NCBI GenBank assembly: GCA_007375535.1
Contig: VMEM01000001.1
Location: 39,462 to 103,461 of the forward strand
Source: Parcubacteria group bacterium LiPW_41
GTDB taxonomy: Bacteria; Patescibacteriota; Minisyncoccia; UBA6257; GWB1-50-10
Length of the DNA: 64,000 bases
Direction of reading: 5' to 3'
Shown here: positions 16,591 through 26,477 of the stretch, in pieces
Numbering within the stretch: the stretch's first letter is position 1
How the letters are laid out: each line of letters begins with the position of its first letter
Made by a program: the position numbers and the translations under genes
The notes under the pieces: model-generated
Database searches by the model: none
The model's input: only the letters and a program-made list of their open reading frames with translations
What the model was told of the DNA's origin: nothing

Positions 16591-17257
16591 TTTCATTTTT
16601 CACAATATTTCCATCAAACAGTGTTATTACTCGATCAGTATACTGCACATATTCTGGTTCGTGGGTAACCATAATTATTGTTTGCCCATCTGCGTGCAAT
16701 TCTTTAAATGTTTTCAAAATAGAAATAGACGTGTCATTATCAAGATTTGCTGTTGGTTCGTCAGCAAATAATATTTTCGGATTGTGTCCCATTGCACGAG
16801 CAATAGAAACACGTTGTTGTTCTCCTCCGGAAAGCTGATTGGGAAGATTATTAAACTTTTCTTTTAGTTCAACGCGCTCTAACACTCTTGCTGATATTTT
16901 TCTTGCGTCAATTTTATTTATTCCTTGTTCCAAAAGTGGAATCATTACATTTTCAATCGCATTCAATTCTGGAATAAGTGCATAATCTTGAAACACATAT
17001 CCAAGTTGAAATAGTCGTAATATGGTCCGCTCCCTATCAGTTAATATGTCTGTGTTCTTCCCTCCAATCTCAATGGTTCCTGACGTTGGTCGATCAAGAA
17101 GACTCAACTGATACATAAGAGTACTTTTTCCAGAACCCGAACGCCCAATGATTGAAATAAATTCTCCGTCGTCAACATCAAAATCAACTCCTTTTAAAAC
17201 GGTGAGCTCTGAGTTTCCACTTTTGAATTTTTTTATGATTTTTCTTGCTTGTATCAT
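16583..17257 (-). CDS. ABC transporter ATP-binding protein of the FtsE/LolD/MacB type
   Basis: Walker A GRSGSGKST and ABC signature LSGGEQQR. Confidence 0.85.
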   Translation of the reverse strand: MIQARKIIKKFKSGNSELTVLKGVDFDVDDGEFISIIGRSGSGKSTLMYQLSLLDRPTSGTIEIGGKNTDILTDRERTILRLFQLGYVFQDYALIPELNAIENVMIPLLEQGINKIDARKISARVLERVELKEKFNNLPNQLSGGEQQRVSIARAMGHNPKILFADEPTANLDNDTSISILKTFKELHADGQTIIMVTHEPEYVQYTDRVITLFDGNIVKNEKN

Positions 17258-17259
17258 AG

Positions 17260-18540
17260 TTATCGATTTAATATCGCATCAAGTGTGTTTTGTCTGGTTA
17301 TAATTTTTACTGGAATATATCCCGCAACAAGTGTTGCTAAAAACAACACTGCGATTCTTATAATTGTCCCACTCGCAGTAGCTACCAATATCCCATCACT
17401 AAACGGGAAGTTTATTGGGTTCGCATCAAAATACGGTTTTAAAAACCCAAACACTAATACCAATCCTATGAGAGTTCCTGCAATCGCATAAAAAAATGCT
17501 TGAAAGATATACGCCCATTCGATAGTAGCTGGACGAATTCCTATTCCTTTCAATATCCCAATAAACTTCCTTCTTGTAACCGCATTAATAAAAATGACGA
17601 TAAAAATTGTTATTGCAGCAACAACCAACCCAATAGAGCTAATCGCAGTGCCAAGCATAGAAAATGTATTTCTTAAGTCTTGAATAAATTTTGGTTCTGC
17701 TTCGTTTCCTGCTTTTATTACTGCATATTCATCAAAATTATTTGCAAGAAGTGCTTGCTTTATAACAGACGGAGAAAATCCCTGTTTCGCCTTTATAGAA
17801 ATCTCACCCAAGTTATAATCATCTCTGCCTGCAAGTCCACGAAATTGTGAATCGACAAAAAATATACGTCGATCAATTTCATCCACTTTACTCTTCGTAA
17901 TCCCCTTAACCCAAACTTCGCGCACATTTCCATTTATTGTTATACGAATTTTGTCTCCAATATTCACATCAGCAAGCGCAGGAAATGTTGTAGAATCAAA
18001 ATCTAAATATTTTTTTAGAAGCATTCCACCAACAATTACCTGATCATAATCACTTCGATTTAAGTATTCGCCTTCAATAATTAGTTTCGACAATTCAGTA
18101 ACCTTATCCTCATCAACTGGATCTATTCCAGCAAACAGAGTACTTACCTCATTTCCCTTGTCGTTTGCATTCTTTTTTGCCTTTTTATAATCAGCTTCAA
18201 CGGTTCCCGAACCTAAATATCGCCCAGAAACTGCTTCAACACCAGGAATATTTCGAATGGTGTTCATTATAATTGCGCTTCGTTCAATGTTATTTTTTTC
18301 TTTAAGTGGGGTTATAAAAACATCACCAATATAATGCTTATACACTGCTTGTGTTGCGCCCTCAATAAGCCCAACAAGAATACCACTCACCACCACAAGA
18401 TTGAGAAAAGTAAGCACCATAACACACACCACAAGAACATTCGTCCAAATACTTGCACGTTTTATCTGTCGTACCGCTAGAAAAAATCCAACTCGAGCAG
18501 CAGAACCAAGACTCTCTTTGTGTCGTTTTTTCCGAAACAT
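17260..18540 (-). CDS. ABC transporter permease, FtsX/MacB-like, with a large extracytoplasmic domain
   Basis: FtsX-like C-terminal TM bundle lying upstream of the ATPase. The ORF extends to 18618; the likely start is MFRKKRH at 18540. Confidence 0.7.
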   Translation of the reverse strand: MFRKKRHKESLGSAARVGFFLAVRQIKRASIWTNVLVVCVMVLTFLNLVVVSGILVGLIEGATQAVYKHYIGDVFITPLKEKNNIERSAIIMNTIRNIPGVEAVSGRYLGSGTVEADYKKAKKNANDKGNEVSTLFAGIDPVDEDKVTELSKLIIEGEYLNRSDYDQVIVGGMLLKKYLDFDSTTFPALADVNIGDKIRITINGNVREVWVKGITKSKVDEIDRRIFFVDSQFRGLAGRDDYNLGEISIKAKQGFSPSVIKQALLANNFDEYAVIKAGNEAEPKFIQDLRNTFSMLGTAISSIGLVVAAITIFIVIFINAVTRRKFIGILKGIGIRPATIEWAYIFQAFFYAIAGTLIGLVLVFGFLKPYFDANPINFPFSDGILVATASGTIIRIAVLFLATLVAGYIPVKIITRQNTLDAILNR

Positions 18541-18580
18541 ATCTTGTTCCAGTATATCTGAGAGAACGAATTTTGAAAAA

Positions 18581-19258
18581 CTATATTTCGTCTGGACAGT
18601 CAGAAAACACCCCATCAACTCCCAAACTCTTCATTTTTTGAGCATCCTCTTTTGTATCAACAGTATATACATATACCTTTAGACCTATCCTATGTGCTCG
18701 ATCAATGAACCTTTTTTTTGCGTGTTTTATATTTGGATTAATAGAATGTGCATTTATTTTTTTTGCAAAATGGATAGAACCAAATATATTTGCATAAATA
18801 AGATAACCAACGGGAGTTTTTGTATCAATTCTTCTGAATGCACGAAGCTCTCTCCTTGAAAACGAGGAAACAACAAAATCACTATGCCTCCATCCCATTC
18901 CATAATACATTTGAAGCATTGTGGCGACAGCCCATCCAGTTCCTCTACCCTTCAATTCAATATTAAGTCGTGTTTCGCGATTGATAAGTTCAATAACATC
19001 TTGAAGTTTTGGAATGTGTTCTCCCATTCCGTCATCCAATTTCCTTAGTTCATCAAATGTCTTGTTGTGTATCTTCCCTTTTCCATTTGTCGTTCTGTCT
19101 ACTGTGTTGTCGTGCATCACCACTAATTCGCCAGTCTTACATAAATGAGCATCACACTCAATCATTGAAACATTCATCCGAAGCGCTCGGCGGAACGATC
19201 TCAATGTGTTTTCTGGTTCTTTTTTTGAAGCACCTCTATGAGCAATCTTTAAAAACAT
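18581..19258 (-). CDS. Glycerophosphodiester phosphodiesterase
   Basis: GDPD motifs HRG…ENT and ECDAHLCKTGELVVMHD. Confidence 0.8.
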   Translation of the reverse strand: MFLKIAHRGASKKEPENTLRSFRRALRMNVSMIECDAHLCKTGELVVMHDNTVDRTTNGKGKIHNKTFDELRKLDDGMGEHIPKLQDVIELINRETRLNIELKGRGTGWAVATMLQMYYGMGWRHSDFVVSSFSRRELRAFRRIDTKTPVGYLIYANIFGSIHFAKKINAHSINPNIKHAKKRFIDRAHRIGLKVYVYTVDTKEDAQKMKSLGVDGVFSDCPDEI

Positions 19259-19339
19259 ATCTTTTCTCTATTTATTATACATTCATATCCAAACCATCGG
19301 AATGAATTTAGTTTCTATGTCTGATACAATGAATAAAAG

Positions 19340-20386
19340 ATGTGGAATGAACATAATACCATCACTCGGACAATAAAGAAGGTTATGCCTTCAGTGGTTT
19401 CGATTACTTTAAAAAAACCAAAAGATTTGGTGATCGAACAGTTAAAAGAAGAACAAAAAGCGATTCACGAAAAATCACACATTGAAATTCCTGAAGATAA
19501 AATAGATGCACAGGGATTAGTAGATGTTGGAGGAGGAAGTGGTTTTATTATTGACGGATCGGGAATAATTCTCACGAATCGACACGTCATAGAAGAAAAA
19601 GAAGTATTGTATTTTGTCACCACACACGACAACCATACCTATGAAGCAGAACTTCTTGCAAAAGATCCAGTAGATGATATTGCAATCCTTCGAATCCAAC
19701 CAACGAGAAAATTACGCGCAGTAAAACTTGGAGATTCAGCAAAAGTGGAACTTGGGCAAACAGCAATTGCATTTGGAAATGCACTCGGTCTCTTTAAGGA
19801 CACTGTATCAATGGGGATTATCTCTGGTCTTTCTCGTGCAGTTTCTGCGCGAGAAAATGAAAATTCAGCAGTCCAAGAAATGCGCGGACTCATACAAACC
19901 GATGCCGCAATAAATCCAGGAAATTCTGGAGGACCACTTGTAAATATATATGGGAGAGTTGTGGGAATTAACGCCGCAGTAGTTGCAAGCGCAGAGAGTA
20001 TAAGTTTTGCAATTCCTATTAATACCGCAAAAAGAGATATAAAAGATTTGAAAAAATACGGAAAAATAAGACGTCCTCTTTTTGGTGTTCGTTATCTCGT
20101 TTTAAATCAAACACTAAAAGAAAAACTAAAAACGCCAGTGGACTACGGAGCATTAATAACAAAAGAACACACAATCGACGTAGCGGTCGCATCAGGAAGT
20201 CCAGCAGACAAAGCGGGAATAAAAGAAAATGATATACTTCTTCGTTGGAATGGAATCCCTATAACCGAAACGAGAAGTATTCAAGACTTTCTCGAATCCC
20301 ACGGAGTTGGAGATGAGGTAACGCTTGCAGTCCTTCGAAATGGAATAGAAATCGAGCGACGAGTAACTCTCGAAGAAAGAAAATAA
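19340..20386 (+). CDS. HtrA/DegP-family serine protease with a C-terminal PDZ domain
   Basis: Catalytic motif GNSGGPL and a PDZ-like C-terminus. Confidence 0.8.
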   Translation: MWNEHNTITRTIKKVMPSVVSITLKKPKDLVIEQLKEEQKAIHEKSHIEIPEDKIDAQGLVDVGGGSGFIIDGSGIILTNRHVIEEKEVLYFVTTHDNHTYEAELLAKDPVDDIAILRIQPTRKLRAVKLGDSAKVELGQTAIAFGNALGLFKDTVSMGIISGLSRAVSARENENSAVQEMRGLIQTDAAINPGNSGGPLVNIYGRVVGINAAVVASAESISFAIPINTAKRDIKDLKKYGKIRRPLFGVRYLVLNQTLKEKLKTPVDYGALITKEHTIDVAVASGSPADKAGIKENDILLRWNGIPITETRSIQDFLESHGVGDEVTLAVLRNGIEIERRVTLEERK

Positions 20387-20387
20387 A

Positions 20388-20420
20388 AAATACCCCACAC
20401 TTGTTGGGGTGTTTTTTATT
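20388..20420 (+). terminator. Intrinsic terminator ACCCCA/TGGGGT plus a T-run
   Basis: Hairpin followed by TTTTTTATTTT. Confidence 0.55.
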
Positions 20421-20423
20421 TTC

Positions 20424-21341
20424 TTAATATATATATTCATCCACAACCAAACCTTGTTTATCATAAAGGATCAAGCGGTCATGTTTTGGATCAAATTGCA
20501 TTCCTCCATTTAACCATGTTCTCCATTCTTTTGAGAAAAAATCAGGCTTCTCTCTATTGGTGTCATAACAATTTCCAAATGTATACTGATCAGCAATTCT
20601 ACGACACTCAACATCATTAGGCCCAGTATATCTATTTAAATCATTCGCGGAAGGAAGTTTACACGAAGGAAGTGATCGAAGAAAATCCTGACACGCACCG
20701 GTGAAGGTAATTATTCTTTTATCCTGTGCAATTGATGGACACTCTTCAGGAAGCGAAGGAGAAAAAGAAATCTGTTGATTCAAAAAACCCATACACTTAT
20801 TTAATCTAAAGTTTTTTCCGTTTGCACTCTTCCAAGAATACATTCGAATATATTCTCCAGGTTTAAGAATAATATCGCTTTCCCTGTTCACACCATATGG
20901 ACTAAAATCAGAAATTGCTCGAGGAATTTCAACAGATCCTCCAAGATTTGCTCGAATAATCCATTCAGTAACTAACACTGGAGATTTTAAATTGTCTGTC
21001 GAAATTGTAATTTCGGAATTAGTATCTCCAAAATAATCCGGTGGATTTACCCCAGAAATGCGGACTTGTTTATAAAATGGAGAAAGTTGTGATTCAACAA
21101 ATCCAAGCGGTGGCTCAACTTTTGGTTTTTGTGGCTCCTCTGGTTTTTCTGGTTGATTATTATTTCCTCCAGTTGGACCTACTGAAACGGGTTTCTGCCC
21201 AACATCAGTTCCAGTCATATCGAGATATCCAGGTTGAAAAAACGAAGCAATCGTTCCTGGCTTTGATTTTCCAGAAAAAATTTGAGACGCACCAAAAAGA
21301 ATGAGACCAAGAACAAAGAGAATAATTAAAATATTCTTCAT
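20424..21341 (-). CDS. Hypothetical secreted protein
   Basis: N-terminal signal/TM segment and a Pro-rich linker. Confidence 0.5.
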   Translation of the reverse strand: MKNILIILFVLGLILFGASQIFSGKSKPGTIASFFQPGYLDMTGTDVGQKPVSVGPTGGNNNQPEKPEEPQKPKVEPPLGFVESQLSPFYKQVRISGVNPPDYFGDTNSEITISTDNLKSPVLVTEWIIRANLGGSVEIPRAISDFSPYGVNRESDIILKPGEYIRMYSWKSANGKNFRLNKCMGFLNQQISFSPSLPEECPSIAQDKRIITFTGACQDFLRSLPSCKLPSANDLNRYTGPNDVECRRIADQYTFGNCYDTNREKPDFFSKEWRTWLNGGMQFDPKHDRLILYDKQGLVVDEYIY

Positions 21342-21345
21342 ATAG

Positions 21346-23790
21346 TTATATTACAAGATTTATAAGCCGGTTGGGAACAAAGATAATTTTTTTGATTTCA
21401 ATGCCGTTTATCATCTTTTTTATTCCGTCTTGGCTCATTGCAATCTTTTTTGCATCATTTTCAGAAATTCCACGTGGAACCTCAATGGTCGCGCGCACTT
21501 TCCCATTTATTTGAACAACTAACACAAAGTTTTCTTCAACTATTTTCTTTGGATCATACACTGGCCATTCAGAAATATGAATTGATTTTTTATTTCCAAG
21601 CCCAAACCATAACTCCTCCGTCATATGCGGAGCAAATGGAGCGAGTAACTGTAGAAACATTTGAAATTCAGCTACGGAAACCTCTTTATTTTCTATTTCA
21701 TTTAAACAAATCATTAGTGCGCTGATCGCGGTGTTATATTGAAGTGATTCAATGTCTTCGGTCACCTTTTTTATTGCTTTATGTATTGCGCGCTCACACG
21801 TTGGCTTTTTATTCTTATGCTCTATTACTGTTTGTCCCAATCTCCACACACGCTCAATAAATCGTGCAACCCCAACAATTCCCGCATCGCGAAAATCTCC
21901 ACCTTGCTCAAACGGAGCCAAAAACATCAAATTAGTTCGAAGCGTGTCCGCGCCAAATCGTTTTATATATTCATCGGGATTTACTACGTTTCCTTTTGAC
22001 TTTGACATCTTTGCGCCTTCTTTAATAAGAAGACCATGTGCACGAAATCGAGTAAACGGCTCTTCAAAATCAATAAGCCCAGCATCCTTAAACACCATTG
22101 TGATAAATCGTGAATATAACAAATGAAGAACAGAATGTTCTGCCCCACCAATGTACATATGCACTGGAAGCCATTTCTTTGTTATTTCATTATTCCAAGC
22201 ACTTTTCCTGTCTTGCACACTTGGATACCTTAAGAAATACCATGCAGAATCAAGAAATGTATCTGATACATCGGTTTCTCTTCGTGCCCCTCCACCGCAC
22301 ACAGGACACCCCACTTTATAAAACGATTTCACTGATGCAAGTGGCGATTCATCTTTTCCTTTTGGTCGAAACTCCTTCACCATCGGAAGTAGCACAGGAA
22401 GATTTTTTTCTTTTTCTGCATACCACCCAGGCATTTCCTTTTGTTCTCCCTTCCCCACACGTGCACACGCCTCGCAATACATCATTGGAATTGGAGGGCT
22501 CCAATATCGTTGACGAGAAACAATCCAATCTCTTAAACGAAACTGCGTAGTAAACGTTCCTCCAACATAATTAGTGATTTTCTTTTTTGCGTCCTCAACA
22601 CTCAATCCATTTAAAGGACCTGAATTTATTAACTCACCATCTCCAATATATGCTTCAGTAAGTGGTTCAACTGTTTTCCCATCTGAAATAACAACTACAA
22701 TTGGAAGTTTAAATTTCTTTGCAAAATCAAAATCGCGTTCATCATGAGCCGGAACAGCCATAATTGCTCCTGTTCCATACCCAGAAAGAACATAATCAGC
22801 AGCAAAAATAGGAATTTCTTTTTTATTTGCAGGATTGATTGCTTTAATTCCCTTCAATTCAATTCCTGTCTTCTCTTTGTTTTCAACGCGCTCTTCCTCG
22901 CTTTTCTCTTTAGAAATTTTTACATATTTCTCCACTTCGCTATAATTTGAGATTTGAGATTTAAGTTTTGAAATTATTTCGTGTTCCGGAGCTACCACCA
23001 TATATGTCGCTCCAAATAATGTGTCCGGTCGAGTAGTAAACACCTTCAATACATGCTCTGAATTTGCAATTTTAAAATTAATTTCTGCTCCTTCAGATTT
23101 TCCAATCCAATTTCGCTGTGCAATTTTTACACGCTCTGACCAATCAATATGATCAAGATTTTTTAATAATCGATCTGCATAGCGCGTAATACGAAATGAC
23201 CACTGTTCTAACTCCTTTTTAATTACCACGCTTGAGCACCGTTCACATGCACCACCAACCACCTGTTCATCAGCAAGCACTGTTTTGCATGACGGGCACC
23301 AATTTACTGCCTGTTTCTTCCTGTATGCAAGTCCACGCTTCCACATTGCGATAAATACCCACTGTGTCCAACGATAATATTCTGGATCATATGTTTCCAA
23401 ATGTTCATTCCATGCAAATCCATTTCCAATCATCTCCAACTGCTTATAGAACCGTTTTTCAGAAACTTTCGATTGTTTTAATGGATGTGTTCCCACTTTA
23501 ATTGCATAGTTTTCAGAATGGATTCCGAAACCATCGAGTCCAATCGGTTCAAATACATCATACCCACCCATCCGCTTAAACCTCCCATATATATCACTCC
23601 CAACAAACGCATACATGTTTCCAACATGAAGCCCCTCTGCTGATGGATACGGAAACATCATAAGGTTATAAAATGGCTTCCTTTTTGCGGTTTTTGTTGA
23701 TTTTAGTGACGGTTCATAAATCCCCGTCTTTTTCCATTCGGTCTGCCATCGCTTCTCAATTTTTGAAAACTCGTATTTCTTCATAAACAA
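21346..23790 (-). CDS. leuS: Leucyl-tRNA synthetase
   Basis: Class I motifs HVGN and KMSKSKGN. Full-length, 814 aa. Confidence 0.9.
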   Translation of the reverse strand: MFMKKYEFSKIEKRWQTEWKKTGIYEPSLKSTKTAKRKPFYNLMMFPYPSAEGLHVGNMYAFVGSDIYGRFKRMGGYDVFEPIGLDGFGIHSENYAIKVGTHPLKQSKVSEKRFYKQLEMIGNGFAWNEHLETYDPEYYRWTQWVFIAMWKRGLAYRKKQAVNWCPSCKTVLADEQVVGGACERCSSVVIKKELEQWSFRITRYADRLLKNLDHIDWSERVKIAQRNWIGKSEGAEINFKIANSEHVLKVFTTRPDTLFGATYMVVAPEHEIISKLKSQISNYSEVEKYVKISKEKSEEERVENKEKTGIELKGIKAINPANKKEIPIFAADYVLSGYGTGAIMAVPAHDERDFDFAKKFKLPIVVVISDGKTVEPLTEAYIGDGELINSGPLNGLSVEDAKKKITNYVGGTFTTQFRLRDWIVSRQRYWSPPIPMMYCEACARVGKGEQKEMPGWYAEKEKNLPVLLPMVKEFRPKGKDESPLASVKSFYKVGCPVCGGGARRETDVSDTFLDSAWYFLRYPSVQDRKSAWNNEITKKWLPVHMYIGGAEHSVLHLLYSRFITMVFKDAGLIDFEEPFTRFRAHGLLIKEGAKMSKSKGNVVNPDEYIKRFGADTLRTNLMFLAPFEQGGDFRDAGIVGVARFIERVWRLGQTVIEHKNKKPTCERAIHKAIKKVTEDIESLQYNTAISALMICLNEIENKEVSVAEFQMFLQLLAPFAPHMTEELWFGLGNKKSIHISEWPVYDPKKIVEENFVLVVQINGKVRATIEVPRGISENDAKKIAMSQDGIKKMINGIEIKKIIFVPNRLINLVI

Positions 23791-23815
23791 TTAATTCAAT
23801 TGTAATGCCAAATCA

Positions 23816-23852
23816 AAGAAAATAAAAACCCCGCCTTATCGGGCGGGGTAGT
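23816..23852 (-). terminator. Intrinsic terminator CCCCGCC/GGCGGGG
   Basis: GC hairpin plus a T-run on the minus strand, after the HAD hydrolase gene. Confidence 0.6.
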
Positions 23853-23862
23853 TTGGAAATAA

Positions 23863-24537
23863 TTAGAAAACAATATGTATAACTGTTGGGAAAATATCAA
23901 CTTCAAATTCTGCTGCATTTTTTAGTTCGTGTTTCTTTTTGAGTCCTGAGGTAACACCAAATGTTTTAACCCCAGCACCAACCCCACATTGGATATCAAC
24001 AATCTCATCACCAATATAGGCAATTTGATTTTTTTGAATTCCATAATTTTCCTCAATAAACTGCAAAAGACAGTTGAGAGAACGGGGGTCGGGCTTCCGA
24101 AATCCCGATCTTGGGATATCTATACCACCATCAGTGCCCACAACATCTTCAAAAAAATGAATCACATTAAATTGTTTCAAAACATTTCGTGCGCTTCGTT
24201 TTTTTCGAGAAGTAAAAACAAAATTAATAATCCCATTATCTATATTCCTTTGAAGAAGTTCTGGAACTCCTTTCACTAGAGGAATTGGGTCAATTTTATC
24301 TGCCTCAACCCATTGTCTATGAATTTCTCTTGCAAATTTTTTTGTGATTTCAAATCCTGTTGCAATGAGTTCAATGGGAGGAAGTCCCCACTCTTTTTTT
24401 AGCCGTCTCTTTACCTTTGGATTTAAATTTATTCCATTTTTTTCTGCTAAACCGCATAAACGAATGAATCCCTCCTTACCCGAATTTAAAAGAGTTCCAT
24501 CTAAGTCATAGATGGCCGCTCGTGTGTTCGTTTTCAT
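23863..24537 (-). CDS. HAD-superfamily hydrolase
   Basis: Motif I DLDGTLL and a motif III-like GDEIVD. Confidence 0.7.
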   Translation of the reverse strand: MKTNTRAAIYDLDGTLLNSGKEGFIRLCGLAEKNGINLNPKVKRRLKKEWGLPPIELIATGFEITKKFAREIHRQWVEADKIDPIPLVKGVPELLQRNIDNGIINFVFTSRKKRSARNVLKQFNVIHFFEDVVGTDGGIDIPRSGFRKPDPRSLNCLLQFIEENYGIQKNQIAYIGDEIVDIQCGVGAGVKTFGVTSGLKKKHELKNAAEFEVDIFPTVIHIVF

Positions 24538-24559
24538 TAAAACCTCCTTTTTTTATTGT

Positions 24560-24962
24560 TTATGTGCTTGACTCTACCCTACTGTGTATTTGAGAATTGT
24601 GCAACTATTGATGAATTTTACTTATTATGTATAATCAGCATAGATTCTTTTAAATACTGACGTGACTGTCGTAATTGTAGAACGATAAAATCCTTGTTTG
24701 ATAATACAGTCACACGACAGACCTATCGGTCTGGTTTATGGGCGTGATTCCCCAATGAAGGATCATACAACGCCCACACTATTATGTAGGAATAGTTTGC
24801 TCTTGCCTGCATTGTATTAAGCAATATTCGCATTGACATGGATATGCATTGCGCCATATCCACATTGCGTGCGCCGAGACCTTACCAGAAGGGTATACAA
24901 AAGAAACCCGCGGCAGATGCCGTGAAGGAATTCCCGCACCCCCTCGCTTTATGCGAGGGATT
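24560..24962 (+). ncRNA. Candidate structured ncRNA of unknown class, ending in an intrinsic terminator
   Basis: Nested stems CGTGACTGT…ACAGTCACACG, CAGACC/GGTCTG, GGGCGT…ACGCCC and ATGGATATG/CATATCCA. The terminator CCCTCGC-tttat-GCGAGGG plus T6 is at 24936-24962. No credible ORF. Confidence 0.3.
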
Positions 24963-24964
24963 TT

Positions 24965-25807
24965 TTATATACCAAAAACTTCTTTTGCATTTTTTAGAAC
25001 CTGAGAAGCAACACCTTCTTGTGAAACACCTTTAATTTCTGCGATTTTTTTCTCAACTTCAAGAACATATATTGGCTCATTCCTTTTTCCACGATATGGA
25101 ACTGGCGCAACGTACGGCGCGTCAGTTTCGCAAAATATTTTTTCTATCGGAATCATCTTTATTACTTCTTCATAATCAGTTCCTCCTTTACGCATTGGGT
25201 ATGTTATTGCACCACCAAATGTAAAATAGAAACCGAGATTTAGTAATTCTCTTGCTCCATCTGTTGTACCGCAAAAGAAATGAATAACCCCAGGCCTACT
25301 ATTAAGTAAATGTTTCTTTGATTGCAATATCTGAATTAGGTCACCATACGCATCCCTACAATGGATCATCAATGGTTTCTTTAATTTATGAGCAAGACTA
25401 ATGTGTCGAATAAAAACCTCTTTTTGCACTATTTTATCTTCTTCATTTTTCAAATGAAAATAATCCAACCCACACTCCCCAATTCCCACAACTTTTTTGT
25501 TTGCTGCGATTCTTTCAAACTCTTCTACATCAAAGGTTTCTGATTCCTCCACACCCTCATTTTCATCATGAAACGAGTCTCCAGTGTGTATTGGATGAAG
25601 TCCTACGCACGCCCACATACAATCAGAATTTTTTTCAGCAAGAACAACCGCATCTTTTGAAGTCTTTAAACTACTCCCAATCTGGATCATCCCAATCCCC
25701 TCACTTCTTGCCCGCTCAATAACCACATCTCTATCCGCATCATATGCAGGAAAATGAGTGTGGGTGTGTGCGTCTAAGTGTTTAAAACTAAATTCGCTTG
25801 CATTCAT
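24965..25807 (-). CDS. TatD-family metal-dependent hydrolase / DNase
   Basis: Motifs HTHTH…, and HCRDA. Confidence 0.8.
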   Translation of the reverse strand: MNASEFSFKHLDAHTHTHFPAYDADRDVVIERARSEGIGMIQIGSSLKTSKDAVVLAEKNSDCMWACVGLHPIHTGDSFHDENEGVEESETFDVEEFERIAANKKVVGIGECGLDYFHLKNEEDKIVQKEVFIRHISLAHKLKKPLMIHCRDAYGDLIQILQSKKHLLNSRPGVIHFFCGTTDGARELLNLGFYFTFGGAITYPMRKGGTDYEEVIKMIPIEKIFCETDAPYVAPVPYRGKRNEPIYVLEVEKKIAEIKGVSQEGVASQVLKNAKEVFGI

Positions 25808-25821
25808 AAATATTCAACGGT

Positions 25822-26445
25822 ATGATGCCAGCATACATTAAAAACAAAATACGGAGAAGTAGCATGAAGAAAAAATTGTATATCGGAATCGTGGCAGAAA
25901 TCGGCGCCGGAAAAGACGCCGTTGCAAAATATCTTGAGGTTTTCTATCAAGCAAGGGTCCTTAGAAGCTCGGACCTTTTGGGGGAAATTTTAAGGATGCT
26001 CAAACTAGATTCCAAAAAACGAAAAAATCTCCAAAAACTCCCGATTGCAATCAGGAATACTTTTGGAGCACACACGATAAGTAAAGCAATGGTGCATTGG
26101 ATGAGAGAACAAAAAAACGCAAACATCGTTATTTGGAATGGTATCCGCTATCCGTCAGACGTAGAAGAATTTAAAAAGCTTCCAAACTCAGTACTTATAG
26201 GAATTTCTGCAGATCTTCTCAAAAGATTCAAATGGATAAAAAAACGGAAGGAGAAGTCAGGGGAAGAAAAAATAACATATGCAAAATTCCTTGAAGAAGC
26301 GGGACAAGACACAGAAAAAAATGTTGCAAAAATAATTGAAAAAAATGCAACCTATGTCATTCAAAACAACAAAACAATAACATCTCTTTATAAAAAGATT
26401 GCAAAAATAATTGAAGAAGAACAAGCGCGATTAAACATGAACTAA
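25822..26445 (+). CDS. P-loop nucleotide kinase-like protein (dNMP kinase / dephospho-CoA kinase-like)
   Basis: P-loop IGIVAEIGAGKDAVA. Confidence 0.4.
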   Translation: MMPAYIKNKIRRSSMKKKLYIGIVAEIGAGKDAVAKYLEVFYQARVLRSSDLLGEILRMLKLDSKKRKNLQKLPIAIRNTFGAHTISKAMVHWMREQKNANIVIWNGIRYPSDVEEFKKLPNSVLIGISADLLKRFKWIKKRKEKSGEEKITYAKFLEEAGQDTEKNVAKIIEKNATYVIQNNKTITSLYKKIAKIIEEEQARLNMN

Positions 26446-26446
26446 T

Positions 26447-26477
26447 TAAAACCCCTCACTAGGAGGGGTTCTTTTTA
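26447..26477. terminator. Bidirectional terminator ACCCCTC/GAGGGGT
   Basis: GC stem between two convergent genes. Confidence 0.55.

Noticed and set aside
24560-24962. RNase P RNA or tmRNA
   Set aside because: I could not find the P4 halves (AGGAAAGUCCGG…ACAGAAACCCGGCUUA), and there is no tRNA-like 3' end or GGGG 5' end as in tmRNA. Kept only as an unclassified candidate ncRNA.
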